A DNA stretch of 64,000 bases from IMG/VR virus record IMGVR_UViG_3300020463_002275, positions 32,001 through 96,000 of that record; one strand, written 5' to 3'. Of the stretch, positions 25,951 through 34,243 are shown one piece after another; position 1 is the first letter of the stretch, and the number at the start of each line of letters is the position of its first letter. The notes below the pieces were generated by a model. It did not search any database. It saw only the letters and a list, made by a program, of their open reading frames with translations, and had not been told where the DNA came from. This stretch comes from a virus. The translations under genes were made by a program, and so were the position numbers.

Positions 25951-26278
25951 TAAGGATTCCTTGTACAGTTCTTTCACTATCAACTATTTTTTGATATTCA
26001 GAATGATAACTTTCTGAGGCTTTTGTAAATGCTGTGACTAATTCGTTATAAAATGCTTCTTTATTTTTAATTTTAATAGGAGTGTTATTATTGTCTACAA
26101 AAATATCACTTTTTAGTGCTAGTATACTTGCAATAAATTCTCTAGTGGCAGTAAATTGCCCGCCTTCATAATAGACAGTGCATTCTTTTGTATACTTTTC
26201 TTGTAATATGCGTTTTTGGTTTTTAAATGTTGTAACGTAATCTGCATGTTCTAATGCTTTTTTAAGACGTTGATCCAT
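25943..26278 (-). CDS. Hypothetical protein, 111 aa; first gene after the sigma70 promoter
   Basis: RBS GGAG at 26287-26284; clean ORF. Confidence 0.75.
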   Translation of the reverse strand: MDQRLKKALEHADYVTTFKNQKRILQEKYTKECTVYYEGGQFTATREFIASILALKSDIFVDNNNTPIKIKNKEAFYNELVTAFTKASESYHSEYQKIVDSERTVQGILNV

Positions 26279-26297
26279 AATTTCTCCATATAGCAGT

Positions 26298-26326
26298 ATT
26301 ATATGACAGATCGACTAAAAAGTCAA
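26298..26326 (-). promoter_or_regulatory. Near-consensus sigma70 promoter heading the GT/radical-SAM operon
   Basis: Minus strand: TTGACT (26326-26321), 17 nt, TATAAT (26303-26298), then GGAG RBS and ATG 26278. Confidence 0.85.
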
Positions 26327-26329
26327 GTA

Positions 26330-27277
26330 TTAACTACCACTAAAATTGGATTGTCTATTGAGTTGAGGTAATGGTGTATTAACATATACACCACTGGCTC
26401 TTTTGAATCCCATTGTAGTAGTAAGATTGCCTACTACATACTCGTCGATTGGAACAACACCTTTTGCTCCAGAAGTATTACCAGTGTCTGCTTCTTCCAT
26501 ACGTATACGGAATTCTATTGTAGAACTGTTTACTTCTTTGCCTCTAATATAATAGTTGTTATCTGCGTAAACTCCACTACCTGTTTTTCTAAAAAGTTGC
26601 TGTTCTGATGAAGTTAATTGAAAGTTTCCTATAGCACTACCTGTACCACTGTTACTTGTGGAAGTATAATTGTAACCAAATGATACTGTGCCTGCATTAG
26701 AAAGCATTGTTGCCCAGTCATTTGTTTTTGCAACGTTAGCGCCTGATGCTGTGCTAGATAAACTGCTGACAAATGTTATTGTTCCGCCAGCATTAAAAAA
26801 ATGCCTACGAGCATCTGCACTTGAAAACACTACTCTAAAATAACCATTAAGTTCTTGATTCCATTGTGTAGGTCCAAAGGTTAATGTATCAGGATCAGTT
26901 CCTGATGTACTTTGTAATGCTGATAATCTAAATCTATTTGGATTATTTTCCAATACAGACATAGTATTTTCATAATCAGCAAAACCTTTTAAAACTCCGT
27001 CTGGGTTATCACTTGTTTCATCTGCAATTAAATCACCTATTAATGCTTGTGCTATTGTTCCTGCAGAACTTTGATTTGTTTGATGTCTGCTTATTCTGTC
27101 AATATCAGTATAAAGTTGATTTAGATGTGTGGCTGTTACTAGATTACCTACAGCAACTTGTGAACTTGCTGTATTTTCTCCATATCCTTCGTTACCAGAT
27201 CCAATAGCAAGGATATTTTCTACCCTTGTTTGCAAATTATTATATCTAGTTGCGGTAATTAAATCACCAACGGCCAT
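26330..27277 (-). CDS. Putative virion structural protein (paralog of 27330-28238)
   Basis: Shares MAVGDLITA.RYNN.Q.RV..IL..GSGNEGYG and FS..DARRHFFNAGG with its neighbour; lies at the end of the tail module. Confidence 0.6.
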   Translation of the reverse strand: MAVGDLITATRYNNLQTRVENILAIGSGNEGYGENTASSQVAVGNLVTATHLNQLYTDIDRISRHQTNQSSAGTIAQALIGDLIADETSDNPDGVLKGFADYENTMSVLENNPNRFRLSALQSTSGTDPDTLTFGPTQWNQELNGYFRVVFSSADARRHFFNAGGTITFVSSLSSTASGANVAKTNDWATMLSNAGTVSFGYNYTSTSNSGTGSAIGNFQLTSSEQQLFRKTGSGVYADNNYYIRGKEVNSSTIEFRIRMEEADTGNTSGAKGVVPIDEYVVGNLTTTMGFKRASGVYVNTPLPQLNRQSNFSGS

Positions 27278-27304
27278 TTACTCTTCTCCAATTATATAGT
27301 AAAA

Positions 27305-27333
27305 ATGATACTATACTTTATTAATTATGTCAA
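27305..27333 (-). promoter_or_regulatory. Possible sigma70 promoter upstream of 26330-27277
   Basis: TTGACA (27333-27328, overlapping the upstream TGA stop), 17 nt, TATCAT (27310-27305); GGAG RBS downstream. Confidence 0.4.
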
Positions 27334-28238
27334 AGACTATTTGTAGCCGAAAATGCTGGCGCTGGTGTATCAACAAAAGACCCACTTGCTCTCACAAATC
27401 CTATTTTGGCTTCTAATAATCCTTGAACTGGTTCATCAATTTTATAACCACCCGGGTTATCATCATAAAAATTGTATTTCACACTAATCGTAGAACTAGT
27501 AGGCGCCTTAGCATAAAGAATGTAATTATTATTTCCATACACTCCTGTTGCTGATTTTCTATATATTTCTTGATACGAAGTTGTTAAGTCAAAATTGCCA
27601 ATACTTTGTACAACACCTGTTCCTGATGTTGTTGTTTCTTGATAATTCATGCTTACTGTTCCTGCATTTCCAAGTATAGATGCCCAGTCTTGACTTTTTG
27701 CAACACTATCTCCTGAAGTAGGAGTTCCGCTTAATGAACTTATAAAAGTAAGCGATCCTCCAGCATTAAAAAAATGTCTACGTGCATCACTATCTGCAAA
27801 CGATACTTGAAATTCACATTCAATTGGTGCTGTCCATTGATTTCTACGTTGAATTACTTCAGCGTTATTCAGTGTACTACTTTGTGCTGATGCTAATCTA
27901 AATCTATTTCCTACTGTTTCTATTATACTAATAAAATCTTCGTAGTCTTTGAAACCTTCTTTTGTATCTGCTCCACTAGTATCTTCAGCAACCGAATCTC
28001 CTACCTCAACTTCTGCGATAGAATTTGGAGCACCACCTGTTTGGTGAACAAAAATTTTGTTTAAATCTGTAAACATAGCATTAACGTGGCTTACATTTAT
28101 TACAACATTGCTTGATACTTGCCCACTGGTTACAGTTTGACCATAACCTTCGTTACCTGATCCATTGCCAAGGATTGCACTTACTCTTCCTTGTGCATTG
28201 TTGTATCTTGCGGCTGTTATTAAATCGCCAACTGCCAT
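27330..28238 (-). CDS. Putative virion structural protein
   Basis: Paralog of 26330-27277; Ser/Thr/Gly-rich beta-type composition; RBS AAGGAAG. Confidence 0.6.
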   Translation of the reverse strand: MAVGDLITAARYNNAQGRVSAILGNGSGNEGYGQTVTSGQVSSNVVINVSHVNAMFTDLNKIFVHQTGGAPNSIAEVEVGDSVAEDTSGADTKEGFKDYEDFISIIETVGNRFRLASAQSSTLNNAEVIQRRNQWTAPIECEFQVSFADSDARRHFFNAGGSLTFISSLSGTPTSGDSVAKSQDWASILGNAGTVSMNYQETTTSGTGVVQSIGNFDLTTSYQEIYRKSATGVYGNNNYILYAKAPTSSTISVKYNFYDDNPGGYKIDEPVQGLLEAKIGFVRASGSFVDTPAPAFSATNSL

Positions 28239-28248
28239 GCCTGCTTCC

Positions 28249-29730
28249 TTATACTTTTAAAACACACTCTATTAACTGCTCCGTATCAGAAGTGCTTGAT
28301 TCTAATGCAACACCTACTAATCCGTTACTAGCAATAGTTGAAGCAACACCGTCCTGCCATGCATAAACTGCTTGTCCTTTTGATACTGGACCTTTTACTC
28401 TTACTGGCACACGACCTTTTAAGCCGACTGCTTGTCCTTCGGACATACTATTCATTAAATATGCTGGTGATTCTGAAATGACACCTATAGCAAAATCACT
28501 TACTTTTGCTGGACGAACTTCTTTTTCTCCGCCTACTGCTACTACTGTTCCTATTGGTAAATGTTCGTTTGTTTCATAATTCTCTGCAAGGTCTGCGTAT
28601 TGTGCTTGTGTTGCTGTTCCTCTAAAGAAATTAGCATGTAAATCACCCGAACTATCTCTTAATGCTGTTGTGCTTGCAATAGCACTTGTGTCTCCTGCAT
28701 AATCTGCACTATTAAATCTAATAGCATTTGCACTAGAAGCATTTCCTTGAAAATTATCTGCCCAAACATTTGACCATTTTGCAATACTTGATCCTAATGT
28801 ATATGTACTTGTTGCACCTGGATTTATTCCTGTTGATTGAATAACTACACTATTTGTTTGTACACTATTTGCATTACTTGTTTTAAATCTAATAATATTA
28901 TTTGTACCAACTTCATTTGCAATTACGCCTTGGTTACCATTTTCAATATAAATGTGTAAATCGTTTTGATCACCTATTGTAACACCTGCATCTGGAAATC
29001 TTACAATATCTTCAAACTCAGTTGCAGTTCCTGGTGTACTTTGTACAAAACTGCTTGCTTCTAAACCATTAAGTTTCAAAGCATTACTTGCCGTTCCCCA
29101 ATAATAATGTCCTACAGGTGTTGTAACTCCATTAGTTGCATCGGTTGTATTAACAAGTGTTAAACCTTTCTTGACTACATCAAATCCTGTAATAGCATTT
29201 AACGGATCAGTACCGTCAATAGTAAATTCTTGTCCGCTTATAATATAGATAATTTCATCTTCGATTGTTGCGGCAATTACACTATGGTTTATGCTTGCAA
29301 CATCACGAATTGTTTTACTCTGCATCTGTGTAAGACCTGAACCAGCACCTTGCGGTCCAACTAATACAAATGATGTTCCGTTATATGTATATAATTGACT
29401 GTTTCCTGAATCCCACCAAAAGTCACCTGCTGTTAAACCTGCAGGCTGTGAGGTTGAAACTTCTGCACCGCCTGTTGTTTTAAACTTTGAACCATCGTAG
29501 AATTTAATTTTTCCGTTTGTTGAGTCATGCCATATCTGTCCGCTAACTGGTTTAGGCGGTTGTGATGTTCCGCTAAAGTTTTCTAACAAAAACAAAAAGT
29601 TTTCGTTTTGTATTTCGCCGTATCCGGCATAGTTCTTACCAACAAATGTTAAATCTGTTGTAAGATCAACGGTGCCATCTTGCACTACTACTAGTGTTGC
29701 TCCGTTGTATTTGTTAATTGTATAAGCCAT
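28249..29730 (-). CDS. Tail/baseplate appendage protein with C-terminal intramolecular-chaperone/peptidase-G2-like domain
   Basis: Shared N-terminal MAY.IN...GYGE..NENF..LLENFS...P..GQIW domain; C-terminal ADLAENY...GTVV..GG.KEV...IGVISE.PAYLMN...GRVPVRV. Confidence 0.6.
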   Translation of the reverse strand: MAYTINKYNGATLVVVQDGTVDLTTDLTFVGKNYAGYGEIQNENFLFLLENFSGTSQPPKPVSGQIWHDSTNGKIKFYDGSKFKTTGGAEVSTSQPAGLTAGDFWWDSGNSQLYTYNGTSFVLVGPQGAGSGLTQMQSKTIRDVASINHSVIAATIEDEIIYIISGQEFTIDGTDPLNAITGFDVVKKGLTLVNTTDATNGVTTPVGHYYWGTASNALKLNGLEASSFVQSTPGTATEFEDIVRFPDAGVTIGDQNDLHIYIENGNQGVIANEVGTNNIIRFKTSNANSVQTNSVVIQSTGINPGATSTYTLGSSIAKWSNVWADNFQGNASSANAIRFNSADYAGDTSAIASTTALRDSSGDLHANFFRGTATQAQYADLAENYETNEHLPIGTVVAVGGEKEVRPAKVSDFAIGVISESPAYLMNSMSEGQAVGLKGRVPVRVKGPVSKGQAVYAWQDGVASTIASNGLVGVALESSTSDTEQLIECVLKV

Positions 29731-29754
29731 GTTTCAACCCTTTAATTATAACTA

Positions 29755-29761
29755 TATTTAT
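29755..29761 (-). promoter_or_regulatory. Candidate late promoter ATAAATA
   Basis: Intergenic, 25 nt upstream of ATG 29730; T4 late promoters are TATAAATA-like. Confidence 0.55.
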
Positions 29762-29762
29762 C

Positions 29763-31583
29763 TTACACACTAGATGTAAGGTTTTGGCTAAATGTCCAAT
29801 TCCCACCTGATGTGACGTATTCCTTTAATGATCTTGTTACACTAACTGTAACTGATCCAGTTGCGTTTGTAAAACCAATATCTTGTAATACTGATTCATT
29901 TTGTACTCCTGCGGCGTCTACTGCTATAAACGATTTAGTTGTGACTGCTGTTATATCAATACCTGTAACACTTGCACCGCCAAGTGTTGTACAGTGAATT
30001 TTTGCAGTTGTACCGTTTGCAACAGTACTTGCATTAACTAAGTCGTTTAGCACTAAGCCAATTTGTGTATCATTTAATCCTGTAATATCCATACTAAATG
30101 AAATAGCCGCCGCTGAAATTGATTCATCAACATATTGTTTTGATGCTCCATCTGTTGCTTGTGTTGGTAATGCTAAAGCAGTAATTTTTTGATTTGCTAG
30201 ATTTACGTCACCGTTTCCGTTAATCGTAAGTCCACTAGCACCTGTAATTGTACTACCATTAATATTGATATTATCAACATCTAAATTAACTAGTGTACCT
30301 ACGGTTGTAAGGCTAGATGCTGTAACACCGCCTCCTAATGTTGTAGCACTTAGTACTGATGATCCTGCAATTTTGTATTCGTTACCTGTTGTAACATTAA
30401 TATTTTCTGTTGCTGTCCAACTATTAGTTGCTTGTATCCAAGTCCATTTTTTGTCTGCTCCTGTAACTCTTATAACCATACCAGCATCGTCTACGCCTGC
30501 ATCTGTTAACAAAGTACTGTCGCTAGTAATAGCAAGTTCAATTTGTTTATCTTCTACTCTTAAAGTGCTTACATCTATACTTGCACTAGATCCTTCTACT
30601 AATAAATTTCCTGTTACACGAATATCTCCTGTAACATCTAATGTATACTCTGGTGTGTTATCAAAAATACCTACACGTTTGTTTGCCGCGTCTATGAATA
30701 CAGCATCAATTTGTTGTGCCCCTGCGGCTGTACTTGTAACTCTTATTGCATAGTTTTCATCTAATTGTGCATTCGCTGTAACAAATGAATTACCTATAAT
30801 ACTTAAAGTTTGGTTAGCATTAGGTCCTATAGTAACCCCTGATGAATTACTAACTGTTAGAGAACCAGTAATAGTGTTATTTGTTGTTGAACTTACAAAG
30901 TTATCAGCACCAACTTTCGTACCGTCTGCTTTTATTAATGCCTTTGCCGCATCTGCTGTTCCTTCAAATATAAAATTATCTTTGTCAATTACGTTTATAC
31001 CTTTTTTGATATTACCTGTAATACCATCTATTGTGTATCCTACTGCTGGGGTAAATTCAACATTACTAATAACAGCGGCTCTTGCTGTTGAACCATCAGT
31101 ACCATTACCTAAATATAAACTTGCAAGTGTACGACTTCTGTCTTGAGTGTCAAGCACACTTTCAATTCTAAATCCTGTCTCACCTTGTTTTGATTTGTAT
31201 ACCGGTCCTGCTAATGTAGGATTACCTGATCCATCAAAAAAGTATAACTGATCATTTACATTGTCAATCCATAGATCACCAGCAACCATAGCAGGTTGTT
31301 GTTTTTGTACAAAAGGTCCACCAACATATTTAAAATATGTACCTTCATAAACTTTTACACGGGCTTCACCTGTATCAAACCAAAGTTGTCCTTTTATAGG
31401 ATTAGTTGGACTATTAGAATTACTAAAATTTTCTAGTAGTTTTATAAAATTTTCATTAAATGCTTCGCCGTATCCTGTATAATTTCTACCTACTAATGTA
31501 AGCGAAGTACTGTTAACATCAATAGTTCCATCAATTAAATCTACTAGTAACGTGCCGTCTGTTTTGTTTAGTTTATACGCCAT
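29763..31583 (-). CDS. Tail/baseplate appendage (fibre-like) protein
   Basis: Same N-terminal domain as its neighbours (GYGEAFNENFIKLLENFS...GQLWFD...GDLWID); beta-repeat-rich C-terminus. Confidence 0.6.
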   Translation of the reverse strand: MAYKLNKTDGTLLVDLIDGTIDVNSTSLTLVGRNYTGYGEAFNENFIKLLENFSNSNSPTNPIKGQLWFDTGEARVKVYEGTYFKYVGGPFVQKQQPAMVAGDLWIDNVNDQLYFFDGSGNPTLAGPVYKSKQGETGFRIESVLDTQDRSRTLASLYLGNGTDGSTARAAVISNVEFTPAVGYTIDGITGNIKKGINVIDKDNFIFEGTADAAKALIKADGTKVGADNFVSSTTNNTITGSLTVSNSSGVTIGPNANQTLSIIGNSFVTANAQLDENYAIRVTSTAAGAQQIDAVFIDAANKRVGIFDNTPEYTLDVTGDIRVTGNLLVEGSSASIDVSTLRVEDKQIELAITSDSTLLTDAGVDDAGMVIRVTGADKKWTWIQATNSWTATENINVTTGNEYKIAGSSVLSATTLGGGVTASSLTTVGTLVNLDVDNININGSTITGASGLTINGNGDVNLANQKITALALPTQATDGASKQYVDESISAAAISFSMDITGLNDTQIGLVLNDLVNASTVANGTTAKIHCTTLGGASVTGIDITAVTTKSFIAVDAAGVQNESVLQDIGFTNATGSVTVSVTRSLKEYVTSGGNWTFSQNLTSSV

Positions 31584-33607
31584 TAAACTTTCCCTGTGTA
31601 AATTATGTAATTTAAGGACATAAACGGATTTAGTGTTTCCATTGCTTGCCCTGTTGTTCCAGAAACTCCTCCACTTGTTGTTACAGCCTGCCCTGCATTT
31701 TGCCCTGTTGGAGCATCAAAAATAATTGATGATGTTGGACTATTAACACCTTTTTGTGCATCAAGTATTGCGTAAAACTGTGTACCTTCAACAACTAAGT
31801 CGTGTTCGTGATCTGGTAAATTAACTTGCCCAATAGTAGTTGTTTCTTGACCGCCAGTATTACCAAGTTCACTACCTTGTAATCCTGAAATTCTGCCAGC
31901 ACCTGTTCCGCCCATATCGTCAAGTCCCATAACAGTTCTACCACGCATGTCTGGTAAAGCAAATCTTGCAACACCTGCATCGCTAAGTAGTCCTTGTTGT
32001 TTGTAAGTAAATCCTATCACATCAAATAACTCTGGATAGTCTGCTTGAAGTATTTCTTGTCCGTAACATAATAACCAAAAACTAGGAGCAGTAGTTCCTG
32101 CATAAGGCATCATAACTCCAGGTGGATTAACTGGTACTGTTGATAGTAGATCTCTTCTACTAATTCTGTACAATCCAACTTGACCTTGGACTCTGTTTAA
32201 TAAAAATTCATCACTAGCATCTGCGCCATTAGTATAAGTTTTGTTACTAATAAAACTATTTGCAATAGTTGTTTGGAATGTTTTAGTAGTGCCTCCAGTT
32301 TGACCATCGAAAATTATAGTAGGCGCACTTACTTCTCCTGCCATTGTAAAGTTTGTAGCACTTGATATTTTATCTGCACTACCTGCTCTACCACTAATTT
32401 GACCTGTAACATTACCTGTTACATTGCCATAAAAGTTGGTTGCATATATTCCTTGATATTTGTTTGCTAAAGATCCAATAGTTCTTGAATTAGTAACATC
32501 CGGAATAACGTTTCTTGTTTCTGTATCCCCTAAAACATTTATTGTACCACCGATGTTTACATCTCCTGCAACACCTGCGCCACCTTTGACTACTAAACTT
32601 CCTGTGCCAAAGTTTGTACTTGCTGTAGTTCCGTCAATAGTAATACCTTGGCTTACTTTTATATTTCCTGTTACGTCTAATGCTTCACTTGGGGCTGTAT
32701 TATTAATACCAATATTTGTTGTAGAATCAACACGCATTACTGTTTTTGTTGTTCCTTGATCATTAACACGAATGTCTAAACTTGATCCACTTGTGTTATG
32801 ACTTATAACACCTGCTTGTCCTTCAACACCTAATGTAAGTTGATTACCGCTACCTAAAATAATACCGTCATCTGTGTTTACTTTTAATTGACTTGTTGTT
32901 GTACTTACAACATCGCCACGTAAGAAATTTGCCGCTGGCACTTTTGCTCCTGCAACAACTAAATTTTCTGCTTGTTCTGCTGGACCGTAAAATCTTGGAG
33001 CGCCGTCTCCTGTAATATCTGCTGTGCTTAAATTAACGCCTGGGTTAATTTGGCTAAAGCCATTAATTTGTGCTCTTGGAGTAAATGTATCTGAACTTAT
33101 AATAGCAACTGGTTTTGCACTTATTTCAACTTGTAATGCTGAATATTCAATATTGTCTTGACCAATAATTTTTACAGGACTAACACCTGTATTAAGTCCG
33201 CCAGCATAATCAGGACCAATTAATGTCCAACCTGAACCTGTGTACAAATATAATTGTTGATTGTCTGTGTCAACCCATAAGTCTCCAGTAATAGATTGTG
33301 ACGCACCTGGTTCGTTAATTGCTTTTTTCAAACCTCCACTTGCTACCCAAGTTGTGCCATCATAAACTTTTAACTGTTCTCCGCCAGCAGTTGTATCATA
33401 CCATAATTGTCCTTCAACTGGATTAGTTGGCGCACTTGTGTTTGCAAAATTTTCTAAGAGTTTTAAAAAGTTTTGATTAAATTCAACACCATAACTTGTT
33501 GTATTACGTCCAACTAGACTTAAACTAGTTGATACGTTGATATCATTATCTTCAACTGTGATGCTACCTTTGTTTGTTACGTCAGTGAAATTAATTGTAT
33601 AAGGCAT
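31583..33607 (-). CDS. Tail fibre-like protein with C-terminal phage tail collar domain
   Basis: Shared N-terminal domain; PPGVMMPYAGTTAP..WLLCYGQ...YPELFDVIG...FALPDMRGR is the tail-collar signature. Confidence 0.75.
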   Translation of the reverse strand: MPYTINFTDVTNKGSITVEDNDINVSTSLSLVGRNTTSYGVEFNQNFLKLLENFANTSAPTNPVEGQLWYDTTAGGEQLKVYDGTTWVASGGLKKAINEPGASQSITGDLWVDTDNQQLYLYTGSGWTLIGPDYAGGLNTGVSPVKIIGQDNIEYSALQVEISAKPVAIISSDTFTPRAQINGFSQINPGVNLSTADITGDGAPRFYGPAEQAENLVVAGAKVPAANFLRGDVVSTTTSQLKVNTDDGIILGSGNQLTLGVEGQAGVISHNTSGSSLDIRVNDQGTTKTVMRVDSTTNIGINNTAPSEALDVTGNIKVSQGITIDGTTASTNFGTGSLVVKGGAGVAGDVNIGGTINVLGDTETRNVIPDVTNSRTIGSLANKYQGIYATNFYGNVTGNVTGQISGRAGSADKISSATNFTMAGEVSAPTIIFDGQTGGTTKTFQTTIANSFISNKTYTNGADASDEFLLNRVQGQVGLYRISRRDLLSTVPVNPPGVMMPYAGTTAPSFWLLCYGQEILQADYPELFDVIGFTYKQQGLLSDAGVARFALPDMRGRTVMGLDDMGGTGAGRISGLQGSELGNTGGQETTTIGQVNLPDHEHDLVVEGTQFYAILDAQKGVNSPTSSIIFDAPTGQNAGQAVTTSGGVSGTTGQAMETLNPFMSLNYIIYTGKV

Positions 33608-33610
33608 CTA

Positions 33611-34216
33611 TTAAACTCCTGACAAACTTTGTACACGTACTGTATAATCAATTTGAACCAATCTGTTTAAACTTTTTTGAACAGGGTGGAAAATTACATG
33701 AGTTATTAATCTACCTGAACCTGATGGATTATAACTTTTAAGTCCTAATTCATCAAACACATAAAGGTTTTCTGTATCTGTAGCAGTATCAAATGCATCT
33801 TGACCTTCAGGTTCACCGTAGTCTAATAAACAAGTTACAACAATATCAGTATAGTTTGTTCCGCTTACATGACGTGTTTCAGTTTTGTTTCTTACAGGAT
33901 CTGTATTACTTGTGCTTCTATCATCTACTACTTTTGTAAATGTTTGATTATACAAACTTGCATTTGTTCCTGTAGAGTTAGGTGTAAGGTAAGTAATTAC
34001 TCCTGTTGGATCAACACTTGTTCCTCCATTACCAAAACTCATTTCATATATCATGCCTTGACCTTGATTTGCAAGGCTTTCTGCAAGAGCAATACTCATA
34101 TTTTCATAGTGGATAGCATTACGCTTATCAACATACACTTCACCAGTATTAGGATCATGTATTTTGATGTGTCCTTTAACTACTACTCCGCTTTTATCAT
34201 TTAATTTGTCTGTCAT
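33611..34216 (-). CDS. Putative baseplate/virion structural protein
   Basis: Lies between the giant wedge protein and the fibres; start at ATG 34216 after a GAGAG RBS. Confidence 0.55.
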   Translation of the reverse strand: MTDKLNDKSGVVVKGHIKIHDPNTGEVYVDKRNAIHYENMSIALAESLANQGQGMIYEMSFGNGGTSVDPTGVITYLTPNSTGTNASLYNQTFTKVVDDRSTSNTDPVRNKTETRHVSGTNYTDIVVTCLLDYGEPEGQDAFDTATDTENLYVFDELGLKSYNPSGSGRLITHVIFHPVQKSLNRLVQIDYTVRVQSLSGV

Positions 34217-34236
34217 GTTTTCTCTCACTGCTACTG

Positions 34237-34243
34237 TATTTAT
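34237..34243 (-). promoter_or_regulatory. Candidate late promoter ATAAATA
   Basis: Overlaps the stop of the 4961-aa gene; upstream of 34216. Confidence 0.4.
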
